A stretch of 64,000 bases of DNA from positions 32,486,443 through 32,550,442 of the forward strand of contig NC_083438.1 of the NCBI RefSeq assembly GCF_020745735.1, in the 5' to 3' direction. Below the pieces are notes generated by a model. The model did not search any database. It was not told where the DNA came from and saw nothing but the letters and a program-made list of their open reading frames with translations. The position numbers and the translations under genes are program-made. Below are positions 48,317 through 64,000 of the stretch, piece by piece; the stretch's first letter is position 1; each line of letters begins with the position of its first letter. This stretch comes from Hemiscyllium ocellatum (lineage: Eukaryota).

Positions 48317-50876
48317 GTGAGTCATGTTTCGGTGCCTTTCCCGTCTCCATCTTTGGAACTCGCTGTGCCAGGTCTTCCATCAACGGGGAGACAGGGTGTC
48401 GAAGGAGGCGTGGAACCGTAAAGTCACATTGGTATTTGCAGGTGCAGCAAGTATTGAAGCAGCAGCTGGACTATAGTCCTCCATTGCTAGAGTGTTGTAG
48501 AACAGAGAGCCCAGGGTGGTGCAGGGACAAAGTTCCATGAAAGTGGAATCGCAGGGAGGCAGAGCCGAGAAGGAGCTTGGATCGCAAACAAAAGTTGGTT
48601 TGCAGGTGCAGCAGGTAATTAAGGAGATGACTGGAATATTGTCCTTCATTGCAGGAGTCTAAAACAGGGAGGTGATGCTGCAGCTGTATAGGGTGCTGGT
48701 CAGGTCACATCTGGATCACTGTGTATAGTTTTGGTCTCCTTACTTGAGAAAGAGTTTATGTGTTGTTCCATTATAACACGTGTTCTGTCAACGCCAATTT
48801 GCCATAATGCGATTGCTAAATTGGAGACGCTGTTTCGAAAGCATGAATGTTTTAAACGTGTGTTGGCTGTAACGTGATTACGGTGCCAACACTTTAATCT
48901 CTGTTCTACAGCGTGATTTTTCTATCAGACTGAGTTGCATAAGAACATTACCATCACGTTACTGAAGATCTGGCACTGGAGAACGTGCAGAGGAGGTTCA
49001 CTGGATTAATTCCAGAGTTGAGAGGGTTGGTTTATTAGGAGAGACTGAGTCAACTAGGATTATACTCACTTTGATTTAGAAGGGGGGATCTCATAGAAAT
49101 GTAAAATTATGAAGGGAATGGATAAGATAAAAGCAGGGAGTTTGTTTCTACTGGTGGCTGAAACTAGAAATAGGGGCATAGGGGCGTAGCCTCCAAATAA
49201 AGAGGTTCAGGTTTAGGACTCAGTTGAGGAGGAACCTTTTCACCCAGAGGGTTGTGAATCTGTGGAATTCCCTGCCCAGTAAAACAGTTGAGGCTAAATC
49301 GTTCAATATTTATCAGGTAAAGATAGATTTCTGAACAGTACAGGAATTTCGGGTGACGGTGAGTGGGTGGGTACGTGGGACTGACTACATAAGAAAGGTC
49401 AGCCACGATCTTATTGACTGGCGGAGCAGGCTCGATGGGCCAGATACCCTACTCCTGCTCCTATTCAGTATCCTGGGCACACTTGCCTTCATCGGTCAGA
49501 GCATTGACTACAGCAGTTGGGATGTCATGTTATGGTTGCTTAAGACATTGGTGAGGCCGCATTTGGATTACTGTGTACAATTCTGGTGGTCCTGCTATAG
49601 AAAGGATGTTATTAAACTGGAAAGGGTGCAGGAAAGGATTTACAAAGATGTTACTGGAACTGGAGGGTCTGAGTTATAGGAAGAGGCTGAATCAGGTGGG
49701 CATTTTTCCCTGGTGTGTCAGAGGCTGAGGGGTGACCTCACAGAGGTTTATAAAATCATGAGGGGCATGGATAGGGTAAATAGACAAGCTCTTTTCCCCA
49801 GGTTGGGGGAGTCAAAAACTTGAGGATATAGGTTTAGGGTGAGAGGGAAAAAGGACCTGAGGGGTAACATTCCCATGTGATATGTGTATGGAATGAACTG
49901 CCAGAGGTGGTGGTGGAGATTGGTGTAATAATAACATTTAAAAGGTACATGAATAGGGAGGATTTAGAGGCATACAGGCCATTCATAAAAATGATGGAAA
50001 CATCGAGCCTACGCTGACCTTCCAAGGAATGGTCCACTTAGACCCAGCCCCCTATCCCTGTAACCCTACATTTCCCCTGACTAACCTACCCAGCCTGCAC
50101 ATCACCAGACATTGTGGGACAATTTAGCATGGCCAATCCACCCTAACCTACACATCTTTGGACAATGGGAGGAAACTGGAGCACCCAGAGGTAGCCTACA
50201 CAGAGACAGGGAGAACATGCAAACTCTACACAGACAGTCACCTGAGAGTAGAATCGAACCCAGGTCCCTGGTACTGTGAGGCAGCAGTGCTAACCACTGA
50301 CTCCCTGTGCTACCCCATCCTGAAGCGATGTTTGTCGTGTTGTAGACTGTCCCACATGAGGAAACATTCTCTCTCCATCTCCTTTGTCAATCCTTCCCTT
50401 TTGTGTCTTACATCCCCCAGTTAGAACTCGTCTCATTATTCCAAATTCCAGAGAAACTGTCTCTTCTATCAGACAAATTCCTCGACCCTGGAATGGAGTG
50501 AATCTCCTCTGAACTGCCTCTGGTACAACTCCATCCCTCCTCAAGTAAAGGGGTACTGAAACTTACACTGTACTCTGGGTGCAGAAATGCCAATGCCTTA
50601 TACAGTTACAACACTTTAGCTACTCTCCCACTTTTCTCTAAACTAACTCCGTTGCAACTCCATCCCTCCTCAAGTACAGGGAACCAAAACTCTCCATGGT
50701 ACTCTGGGTGCGGAAACACTAATTCCTGTATATTTGCAACAACAGCTTCCCTGCTTTTATCGTCCACGCTTGCATTCTGCATTCTGTTCCCGGCGCCTAT
50801 CTATGTGGCTTTATTTTCTGTGCACTGTGTAATTCAGAGAGTCCGTTTCTGAATATTTCTCATGTTCTTCTTTCAG

Positions 50877-51170
50877 AACAATCGGCCCGGCCGGAGATTA
50901 CAGCCGCTCCCTCATACCAGGCGTATCTGGTGGGAGAAAACGTCACCCTGACGTGTGTAATCCCAAACCGTTACACACCCGCTCACATCCAGTTTCTGAA
51001 AGACTCTGCCCTCATCACCAACAGCACTGGGAACCAGCGGCGTTTCACCCACAATGTTCTCCACCTCACCTCCATCGACGTGGGGAACTACACGTGTTCC
51101 TACCAGACCCTGAAGTTTGGACGGTTGCTCTCGTCAGCCCCCAGTCTCCCAGTGAAAATCGCCCTCACTC
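50877..51170 (+). CDS. Gene 3 IgA2
   Basis: 294 nt, open, phase 1-1, paralog of IgA1. Confidence 0.92.
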
Positions 51171-52214
51171 GTGAGTCTGAATTCCTGCCGCGTCGTACAT
51201 CAGATGATTTCCGAATCTGATTAATGTAGAAAGAGAGAGATGGAGTTAACATTGCTGGTGATACATACAGAAAGTTGTTAGAGAAAGTCAGCAAGTCTGC
51301 GGAATGAGAGAGACAGAAACAGAGCTAATATGACAGAGTTGTACAGTGGCTCAGTGGTTAGCACTGCTGCCACACAGTGCTAGGGACCCAGGGTCATATC
51401 CAACCTCGGGTGACTATCCATGTGGAGTTTGCATGTTCTCCCTGTGTCTGTGCGGGTTACCTCCCACAGTCCAAAGATGTGCATGAAGGGGTGAATTCAT
51501 TATGGGGACTTGCCCCAAAATGTCCAGAGATATGTAGATTAGGGTGGATTAACCACAGGGTAAAGCAGTGTTACAGGGATAGGATAGGATAGGATAGGGA
51601 TGCGTCTGGGTGGGATGTTCTTCAGAAGGTCAGTGTGGACGGTGGGATGCTCCCACACTGTAAGGATTCTATGATTAAAGGTTATAAATTACAGAGAGAG
51701 TATTGGAGCTAAGCGCAGGTTTGGGCCCTGTATCTGATCTTGGCTTCAGAGGCAGTCTACAGAAGGTTTGAATGGCTGATCCCATGTAAAGAGGGACTGT
51801 TTAATAAGGGAGAAGGTTGAATAGGTCGGCCCTGTCCACATTCCAGTTCAGAAGAATGACCAGGTTGAAGATTCTTAGATAACTTGATTTGAAGGACGAT
51901 GGAGAGAGAGTCTGGGACCAGAGGTGTATCATCTCAGAGGAAAGGGGAAGATAGAGACAAGGAGGAATTTCTTCTCTCTGAGACGGGGAGCGTATCTGTT
52001 GAATTCTTTACTGCAGAGAGCTGTCGAGGTTGGGTCATTGAGTGTATATTGAAAACTGAAATGGAGAGATTATTAATCAGGAAGGGGGAATCGAGGGGGC
52101 TGGGGGAGAAGTGGGGTTGAGGATGATCAGATCAGCTGTTATCCTATTCAATGGTGGAGCAGGCTCGATGGGCTGAATGGCCTCCTTCTGCTTCTATGTC
52201 TCCCGCTGTGGTAA

Positions 52215-53709
<1,495 letters not shown>

Positions 53710-54480
53710 CCACAGAGTCACACTCACACACACAGACTCTAACATACACTGACACTGACATACATTATCATACACTCACTCACAATCTCCCTCTCTCACA
53801 TTCATTCTCACATATTGTCTCTCTCACATTTTCTCTTTCTTTCATAAATACTCTCCCTCATAAACTCTCTCAAAGTCTCTCTCTCAAACTGTGTCTCTCT
53901 TTTACTTTTCCTCTCACATTCCCTTTCTCATACTCTCTATCACACACTTTCCAGCAGCCTCCCTCTCACACTGTCTTACACATTCTCTCTCACACTCTTT
54001 CACTCTCACACACTGTCTCTCACACACACTCCCTTTCACACACACTATCTCTCACACACTATTTCTCACTCACACTCTCTTTCTCACTCATGCTCTCCCA
54101 CACACTGTCTCACATTTCTCTCACAGGCTCTCTCTCTCACATACACTCTCTATCTTTCTATCTCACAAACTCTCTGTCATTCTCTTTCTGTTGCACACTG
54201 TCTCCCACATACAGATGCTCTCTCCGTCTCTCTCTCTCCCCCTATCTCTCACACTCCATCCCTCTCTTCCTCTCTCTCTATCTCGTACAGCCTGTCCCAT
54301 GATAACCCCAATCCCTCTCCCTTTATAAACTGATGACAACAGCCCAACTCACCCCATGAAGGGGGAGCAGAGACTGTGATGGATGTGTCCCACAGTGATG
54401 GTGGTGAGGGGAGGGGTGAAGGGGAGTGAATGCGACACTAATCCTGATGACCTGTGTCCTCCGTTTCCACCCCCCCCCAG

Positions 54481-54780
54481 GCTCCCTGCTCCGACCTTTC
54501 ATCACAATCACACCGAACAGCCCCCTCCACGTGTCTGGGATCCCCCTGGCAATCCAGTGCCTGGCTCCAACGGGGTACCTTGGGGGCCGCTTCCGCATCC
54601 TGAGGGGTACGTCTGTGGCCAAGGAGCACCGGCTGGACTCCGGGAGAAACGGAGCTGTTTTCCTGTTCCGTAACGTGAGCACCAGCAACAGGGGGAGCTA
54701 CAGCTGCCTGTACCAGAGGCTGGTCGCTGGCTTCTGGGTCACCTTCCGGGCCAGCCCCTCCATTCCCATCCGGGTCATAG
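54481..54780 (+). CDS. Gene 3 IgB2
   Basis: 300 nt, open, phase 1-1. Confidence 0.92.
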
Positions 54781-57220
54781 GTGAGTCATGTTTCGGTGCC
54801 TTTCACATCTCCGTCTTTGGAACTCGCTGTGCCAGCTCTTCCATCAACGGGGAGACAGGGTGTCGAAGGAGGCGTGGAACCGTAAAATCACATTGGTATT
54901 TGCAGGTGCAGCAAGTATTGAAGCAGGCAGCTGGAATATTGTCCTCCATTGCTAGAGTGTTGTAGAACAGAGAGACCCAGGGTGGTGCAGGGACAAAGTT
55001 CCATGAAAGTGGAATTGCAGGGAGGCAGAGCCGAGAAGGAGCATGGATCGCAAACAAAAGTTGGTTTGCAGTTGCAGCAGGTAATTAAGGAGACGACTGG
55101 AATATTGTCCTTCATTGAAGGAGGGGCAGAGTCTAAAACAGGGAGGTGCTTCTGCAGCTGTATAGGGTGCTGGTCAGGTCACATCTGGATCACTGTGTAC
55201 AGTTTTGGTCTCCTTACTTGAGAAAGGGTTTATGTGTTGTTCCATGATAACACGATTACGGTGCCAACACTTTAATCTCTGTTCCACAGCGTGATTTTTC
55301 TATCAGACTGGGTTGCACAAGAACATTTCCATCGTGTTACAGAAGATCTGGCACTGGAGAACATGCAGAGGAGGTTCACTGGATTAATTCCAGAGTTGAG
55401 AGGGTTGATTTATTAGGAGAGACTGAGTCGACTAGGATTATACTCACTTTGATTTAGAAGGGCAGGTTATCATGGAAATGTAAACTTATGAAGGGAATGG
55501 ATAAGATAGAAACAGGGAGTTTGTTTCTACTGGTGGCTGAAACTAGAAATAGGGGCATAGCCTCCAAATTAAGGGGTGCTGATTTAGGACTCTGTTGAGG
55601 AAGAACCTTTTCACCCAGAGGGTTGTGAATGTGTGGAATTCCCTGCCCAGTGAAACAGTTGAGGCTACCTCGCTGAATGTTGAAAAGGTAAAGATAGATT
55701 TTTGAACAGTAAAGGAATTTCAGGTGACGGTGAGTGGGTGGGTAAGTGGGACTGACTCCACAAGAAAGGTCAGCCATGATCTTATTGAATGGCGGAGCAG
55801 GATCGATGGGCAAGATAGCCGACTCCTGCTCCTATTCAGTATCCTGGGCACACTTGCCTTCGTCGGTCAGAGCATTGACTACAGCAGTTGGGATGTCATG
55901 TTGTGGTTGTTCAAGACGTTGGTGAGGCCACTTTTGGATGACTGTGTACAATTCTGGTGGTCCTGCTATAGAAAGGATGTTATTAAACTGGAAAGGGTGC
56001 AGGAAAGGATTTACAAAGATGTTACTGGAACTGGAGGGTCTGAGTTATAGGGAGAGGCTGAATCAGATGGGCATTTTTCCCTGTGTGTTGGAGGCTGACG
56101 TGTGACCCTATCGAAATTTACAAAATGATGAGGGGCATGGATAGGGCCTTTTTCCCTGGGTGGGGGAGTCCAAAACTTGAGTGTATAGGTTTAGGGTGAG
56201 AGGGAAAAGGGACCTGAGGGGAAACGTTCCCATTTGATATGTTTATGGAATGAGCTGTCAGAGGTGGTGGTGGAGATTGCTGTAATAACAACATTTAAAA
56301 GGTACATGAATAGGAGGATTTAGAGGCATACAGGCCATTCATAAAAATGATGGAAACATCGAGTCTATGCTGACCTTCCAAGGAATGGTCCACTTAGACC
56401 CACCCCCCTATCCCTGTAACCCTACATTTCCCCTGACTAAACTACCCAGCCTGCACATCACCAGACATTGTGAGACAATTTAGCATGGCCAATCCACCCT
56501 AACCTACACATCTTTGGACAATGGGAGGAAACTGAGGTAACCCACACAGAGACAGGGAGAACATGCAAACTCCACACAGACAATCACCTGAGAGTAGAAT
56601 CGAACGCAGGTCCCTGGTACTGTGAGACAGCAGTGCTTACCACTGACTCCCTGTGCTACCCCATCCTGAAGCGATGTTTGTCTTGTTGTAGACTGTCCCA
56701 CATGAGGAAACATTCCCCCTCCATCTCCTTTGTCAATCCTTCCCTTTGGTGTCTTACATCCCTCAGTTAGAATTCGTCTCATTCTTCCAAATTCCAGAGA
56801 AACTGTCTCTTCTATCAGACAAATTCCTCATCCCTGGAATTGAGTGAATCTCCTCTGAACTGTCTCCAATAAAACTCCATCCCTCCTCAAGTAAAGGGGT
56901 ACTGAAACTTGACACTGTACTCCGAGTGTGGAAATGCCAATGCCTTATATAGTTACAACACTTTAGCTACTCTTCCACTTTTCTCTAAATTACGTCTGAT
57001 GCAACTCCATCCCTCCTTTAGTACAGGGAACCAAAACTCTCCCTGGTACTCCATGGAAACGCAAATTCCTTGTATATTTGTAACAACAGCTTCCCTGCTT
57101 TTATCCTCCACGGTTACGTTCTGCACTCTGTTGCTGGCGCCTATCTGTGTTGTTTTATTTGCTGTCCACTGTGTACTTCGGAGAGTCCGTTTCTGAAGAT
57201 TTCTCATGTTCTACTTTCAG

Positions 57221-57514
57221 AGCCACCGGTCCGGCCAGAGATTACGGCCGCTCCCTCATACCCGGCGTATCTGGTGGGAGAAAACATCACCCTGACGTGT
57301 GTAATCCCAAACCGTTACACACCCGCTCACATCCAGTTTCTGAAAGACTCTGCCCTCGTCACTAACAGCACTGGGAACCAACGGCGATTCACCCACAATG
57401 TCCTCCACCTCACCTCCGTTGACGTGGGGAACTACACATGTTCCTACCAGACCCTGGAGTATGGACAATTGTTCTCATCAGCCCCCAGTCTCCCAGTGAA
57501 AATCGCCCTCACTC
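57221..57514 (+). CDS. Gene 3 IgA3
   Basis: 294 nt, open, phase 1-1. Confidence 0.92.
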
Positions 57515-58482
57515 GTGAGTCTGAATTCCTGCCGCGTCGCACATCAGATGATTTCCGAATCTGATTAACGCAGAAAGAGAGAGACGGAGTTAACATTGCT
57601 GGTTATAAACATAGAAAGCTGTTAGAGAAAGTCAGCAAGTCTGAAGTCTGTGGAATGAGAGAGACAGAAACAGAGCTAATATGACAGAGTTGTACAGTGG
57701 CTCAGTGGTTAGCACTGCTGCCTCAAACGCCAGGGACACAGGATCATATCCAACCTCGGGTGATTATCCATGTGGAGTTTGCATGTTCTCCCTGTGTCTG
57801 TGCGGGTTAACTCCATGTTTCCTCTCACAGTGCAAAGATGTGCATGAAGAGGTAAATTAATTTGGGGAATTGCCCCAAAGTGCCCAGGGATATGTAGATT
57901 AGGGTGGATTAGCCACGGGGTAAAGCAGAGTTACAGGGATAGGATAGGATAGGATAGGGATACATCTGGGTGAGATATACTTCAGAAGGTCAGTGTGGAC
58001 CTGATGCTCCCACACTGTAGGGATTCTATGATTACAGATTATAAACAGAGAGAGTACTGGAACTGGGAGCAGGTTTGGGGCCCTGTACCCGATCAAAGAT
58101 AGTCTTGGCTAATCTCACAGAAGGAGGGACTGTCTGATAAGGGAGGGGTTGAATAGGTCGGCCCTGTCCACAATCCAGTTCAGAAGAATGACCAGGTTGA
58201 AGATTCTTAGATAACTTGATTTGAAGGACGATGGAGAGAGAGTCTGGGACCAGAGGTGTATCATCTCAGAAGAAAGGGGAAGACAGAGACAAGGAGGAAT
58301 TTCTTCTCTCTGAGACAGGGAGCGTATTTGTTGAATTCTTTACTGCAGAGAGCTGACGAGGTTGGATCATTGAGTGTATATTGAAAGCTGAAATGGAGAG
58401 ATTATTAATCAGGAAGGGGGAATCGAGTGGGCTGGGGGGGAAGTGGGGCTGAGGATGATCAGATCAGCTGTTATCCTATTGA

Positions 58483-59130
<648 letters not shown>

Positions 59131-59877
59131 TAACATACACTGACACATATTGTCACACTCACACTCACTCACAATCTCCCTCACTCACGTTCATTCTCAC
59201 ACATTGTCTCTCTCACATTTTCTCTTTCTCTCGTAAATACTCTCCCTCTTAAACTCTCTCAAAGTCTCTCTCTTAAAGTGTGTCTCTCTTTCACATTCTC
59301 TCTCACACTGCCTTTCTCATACTCTCTATCACACACTCTTCAGCAGCCTCTCTCACACAGTCTTACACTCTCACTCACACTCTTTCACTCTCACACACTC
59401 TGTCTCACACACTGTCTTTCACCCATACTCTCTCACACACTGTCTCACATTTCTCTCACAGTGCCTCTCTCACAAACCCTCTCTGTCTCTCTCTCTGTCT
59501 CTCTTTCTCTCACATACTCTCCCTTTCTATCTCACACACGCTCTCTCACACTTTTTTTTTGCACACTGTCTGTCCCTCAAACACAAATACTCTCTCCCTC
59601 TCTCTCTCTCACCCCTTTCTCTCTCAGTCTCTTTCTCCCCCTCTCTCTCCCACTCCCTCTGTCTCTCCCTCTCTCTGTCAGTCTCACACGGCCTCTCTCA
59701 CAATAACCCCAATCCCTCTCTCTTTACAAACTGCATACCCTCTCCCCATGAGGGGGGAGTGGTGACTGTGATGGATGTGTCCCACAGTGATAGCGGTGAG
59801 GGGAGTGGGGGGGGGGGGGGGAGTGAATGAGACACTAATCCTGATGACCTTGTGTCCTCGCTCCCTCCCCCCCCCAG

Positions 59878-60177
59878 GCTCCCTGCTCCGACCCTTCATC
59901 ACAATCACACCGAACAGCCCCCTCCACACGTCTGGGATCCCCCTGGCAATCCAGTGCCTGGCTCCGAAGGGATACCGTGGGGGCCGCTTCCGCATCCTGA
60001 GGGGTACGTCTGTGGCCAAGGAGCACCGGCTGGACTCCGGTAGAAACGGAGCTGTTTTCCTGTACCGTAACGTGAGCACCAGCAACAGGGGGAGCTACAG
60101 CTGCCTGTACCAGAGGCTGGTCGCTGGCTTCTGGGTCACCTTCCGGGCCAGCCCCTCCATTCCCATCCGGGTTGTAG
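59878..60177 (+). CDS. Gene 3 IgB3
   Basis: 300 nt, open, phase 1-1; the gene continues beyond the window. Confidence 0.92.
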
Positions 60178-61275
60178 GTGAGTCACGTTTCGGTGCCTTT
60201 CCCGTCTCCATCTTTGGAACCCTCCGTGCCAGCTCTTACATCAACGGGGAGACAGGGTGTCGAAGGAGGCGTGGAACCGTAAAATCACATTGGTATTTGC
60301 AGGTGCAGCAAGTATTGAAGCAGGCAGCTGGAATATTGTCCTCCATTGCTAGAGTGTTGTAGAACAGAGAGACCCAGGGTGGTGCAGGGACAAAGTTCCA
60401 TGAAAGTGGAATTGCAGGGAGGCAGAGCCGAGAAGGAGCTTGGATCGCAAACAAAAGTTGGTTTGCAGGTGCAGCAGGTAATTAAGGAGACGACTGGAAT
60501 ATTGTCCTTCATTGAAGGAGTGGCAGAGTCTAAAACAGGGAGGTGCTTCTGCAGCTGTATAGGGTGCTGGTCAGGTCACATCTGGATCACTGTGTACAGT
60601 TTTGGTCTCCTTACTTGAGATAGGGTTTATATGTCATTCCATTATAACACGTGTTTCATCAACGTCAATTCGCCGCAATGGGATTCACAAATTTGGGGTG
60701 CTGTTTCTAAAGTACAAATGTTTTAAACATGTGTTGGCTGTAACGCAGTTACAGCACCAACACTTTACGCACTGTTCTACAGTGTGATGTTCTATAGCAC
60801 GGGGTTGTACAAGAATACCACCAGCACGTTGTGGAAGATCTGGCTCTGGAGAACATGCAGAGGAGGCTCACTGGATTGGTTCCAGAGGTGAGAGGGTTGG
60901 CTTATGAGGAGAGACTGAGTTGACTGGGATTATATACTCACGTGGATTCAGAAGGGGTGGATCTCATAGAAACATAAACTTATGAAGGGAATGGTTAGGA
61001 TAGAAGCAGGAGTTTGTTTCTACTGGTGGCTGAAACTAGAACTAGGGGCATCGCCTCCAAATAAAGGGGTGCAGATTTAGGACTCAGTTGAGGAACAACC
61101 TTTTCACCCAGAGGGTTGTTAGTCTGTGGAATCCCTGCCCAGTGAAACAGTTGAGGCTAAATCGTTCAATATTTATCCGGTAAAGATAGATTTCTGAACA
61201 GTAAAGGAATTTCGGGTGACGGTGAGTGGGTGGGTACGTGGGACTGACTCCATAAGAAAGTGGGACTGACTCCAC

Positions 61276-61368
61276 ATTCCTGAAGAAGGACTTATGCCTG
61301 AAACGTCGAATCTCCTGCTCCTTGGATGCTGCCTGACCTGCTGCGCTTTTCCAGCAACACATTTTCAG
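61276..61368 (+). mobile_element. Short Penelope-type terminal repeat with a hammerhead motif, unit 4 intron only
   Basis: ATTC-CTGAAGA-A-GGAC-TTAT-GCCT-GAAA-CGTC-GAAT; flanked by ctccac duplication; empty site at 55755. Confidence 0.75.
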
Positions 61369-62728
61369 CTCCACAAGAAAGGTCAGCCATGATCTTATTG
61401 ACTGGCGGAGCAGGCTTAATGGGCCAGATAGCCTACACCTGCTCCTATTCAGTATCCTTGGCACACTTGCCTTCATCGGTCAGAGCATTGACTACAGCAG
61501 TTGGGATGTCATGTTGTGGTTGTTCAAGACATTGGTGAGGCCGCTTTTGGATGACTGTGTACAATTCTGGTGGTCCTGCTATAGAAAGGATGTTATTAAA
61601 CTGGAAAGGGTGCAGGAAAGCATTGACAAAGATGTTACTGGAACTGGAGGGTCTGAGTTATAGGGAGAGGCTGAATCAGATGGGCATTTTTCCCTGGTGT
61701 GTCAGAGGCTGAGGGGTGACCTCACAGAGGTTTATAAAATCATGTGGGGCATGGACAGGGTAAATAGACAAGCTCTTTTCCCTGGGTGGGGGAGTCCAGA
61801 ACTAGAGTGTATAGGTTTAGGGTGAGAGGGAAAAAGGACCTGAGGGGAAACGTTCCCATGTCATATGTGTATGGAATGAGCTGTCAGAGGTGGTGGTGGA
61901 GATTGGTGTAATAATAACATTTAAAAGGTACATGAATAGGGAGGATTTATCAGCATACAGGCCATTCATAAAATTGATGGAATTGCTGCAGTACGGAAAC
62001 ACCGAGTCTACACTCACCTTCCAAGGAATGTTCCACTTAGACCCAGCCCCCTATCCCTGTAACCCTATATTTCCCCTGACTAACCCACCCAGCCTGCCCA
62101 TCACCAGACATTGTGGGACAATTTAGCATGGCCAATCCACCCTAACCTGCACATCTTTGGACAATGGGAAGAAACTGAGGTAACCCACACAGAGACAGGG
62201 AGAATATGCAAACTCCACACAGACAGTCACCTGAGAATAGAATTGAACCTAAGTCCCTGGTACTGTGAGACAGCAGTGCTTACCACTGACTCCCTGTGTT
62301 ACCCCATCCTCAAGCGATGTTTGTCTTGTTGTAGACTGTCCCACATGAGGAAACATTCTCTCTCTGTCTCCTTTGTCAATCCTTCCCTTTGGTGTCTTAC
62401 ATCATTCATTTAGAACTCGTCTCATTCTTCCAAATTCCTGAGAAACTGTCTCTTCTATCAGACAAACTCCTTGTTCCTGGAATTTTGTGAATCTCCTCCA
62501 AATTGTCTCTGATACAACTCCATCCCTCCTCAAGTAAAAGGGAACTGAAACTTTACACTGTACTCCGGGTTCGGAAATGCCAATTCCTTTATACATTTAC
62601 AACACTTTAGCTACTCTCCCACTTTTCTCTGAACTACCTCCGATGCAACTCCATCTCTCCTCAAGTACAGGGAACCAAAATTCTCCACGGTTCTCCAGGT
62701 GAGGAAACGCCAATTCCTTTTATACTTA

Positions 62729-64000
62729 TGTACTGATGGAGGATATTCACAGAAATACATCCAGGGAAGTTATTTGGGTGGAACTGAGAAATAAGAAAGG
62801 GATGATCACCTTATTTGGATTGTATTATAGACCCCCTAACAGTCAGAAGGAAATTGAGAAACAAATTTGTAAGATTTCAGTTATCTGTAAGAATAATAGG
62901 GTGGTTATGGTAGGGGATTTTAACTTTCCAAACATCAACTGGGACTGCCAGAGAGTTAAGGGTTTAGATGGAGAGGAATTTGTTAAGTGCGTACAAGACA
63001 ACTTTCTGATTCAGCATGTGAATGCACCTACTAGAGAAGGTGCAAAACTTGACCTACTCTTGGGAAATAAGGCAGGGCAGGTGACTGAGGTGTGAGTGGG
63101 GGAGCACTTTGAGGCCAGCGACCGTAATTCTATTCATTTTAAAATAGAGATGGAAAAGGATAGACCAGATCTAAAAGTTGAAGTTCTAAACTGGAGAAAG
63201 GCCAATTTTGACGGTATTAGGCAAGAACTTTCGAAAGCTGTTTGGGGGCAGATATTCGCTGGTTAAGGCACAGCTGGAAAATGGGAAGCCTTCAGAAATG
63301 AGATAATGAGAATCCAGAGAAAGTATATTCCTGTTAGGGTGAAAGGAAAGGCTAGTAGGAATAGGGAATATTGGATGACTAAAGAAATTGAGGATTTGGT
63401 TAAGAAAAAGAAGGAAGCATATGTAAGGTATAGACAGGATAGATCGAGTGAATCCTTAGAAAAGTATAAAGGAAGTAGGAGTATACTTAAGAGGGAAATC
63501 AGGAGGGCAAAAATGAGGCATGAAATAACTTTGGCAAATAGAATTAAGCAAAATCTAAAGAGTTTTTACAAATACATTAAGGATAAAAGGGTAACTAGGG
63601 AGAGAATAGGGCGCCTCAAAGATCAGCAAGGCGGCCTTTGTGTGGAACCACAGAAAATGGGGGAGATACTAAATGAATATTTTGCAACAGTATTTACTGT
63701 GGAAAAGGATATGGAAGATATAAAATGTAGGGAAATAGATGGTGGCATCTTGCAAATTGTCCATATTGCAGGGGAGGAAGTGCTGGATGTCTTGAAACAG
63801 GTAAAGGTGGATAAATCCCCAGGACCTGATCAGGTGTACCTGAGAACTCTGTAGGAAGCTAGAGATGTGATTGCTGGGCCTCTTGCTGAGATATTTGTAT
63901 CATCGATTGCCACAGGTGAAGTGCCAGAAGACTGGAAGTTGGCAAACTTGGTGCCACTGTTTAAGAAGGGTGGTAAGGACAAGCCAGAGAACTATAGACT
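62729..64000 (+). mobile_element. 5'-truncated CR1/HER1-like LINE (endonuclease C-terminus and linker), running off the window
   Basis: IWVELRNKKG..LFGLYYRPPNS...VMVGDFNFPNINW...PTREGAKLDLLLGN...; premature stops at ~63095, ~63265 and ~63854. Confidence 0.92.

Overview
Vertebrate genomic DNA, inferred to be from a cartilaginous fish: it is dense in HE1/V-SINE-like SINEs, CR1/HER1-like LINEs, Penelope-like fragments and minisatellites. Manual splice-site reconstruction gives three immune-type cell-surface genes, most of whose exon structure the ORF track hides. (1) Minus strand, about 9.3 kb down to 3.4 kb or beyond: signal peptide, an atypical Ig domain lacking the canonical Cys/Trp/Cys, and an S/T-rich stalk; the 3' end is unresolved. 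(2) Plus strand, 19596-25602: a complete 6-exon, 224-aa single V-domain B7/butyrophilin-like type I membrane protein, under a promoter built from a CCAAT/GC-box minisatellite plus an RFX X-box. (3) Plus strand, from 35482 to beyond the window end: a large mosaic protein with a split leader (46-bp exon plus 36-bp mini-exon), then SRCR-SRCR-[IgA-SRCR-IgB]x3. It combines group B scavenger receptor domains with leukocyte-receptor-complex-like Ig domains in ~6-kb tandem units. All 13 coding exons are open and phase 1. A decayed Ig pseudo-exon lies at 43.1-43.4 kb, and a fourth unit is interrupted by a CR1 at the window edge. Other notable signals are minimal hammerhead ribozyme motifs in Penelope-type repeats, a perfect 85-bp palindrome, and inverted minisatellite arrays bracketing the start-codon exon of gene 1. 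No database searches were possible, so family assignments rest on motif recognition.
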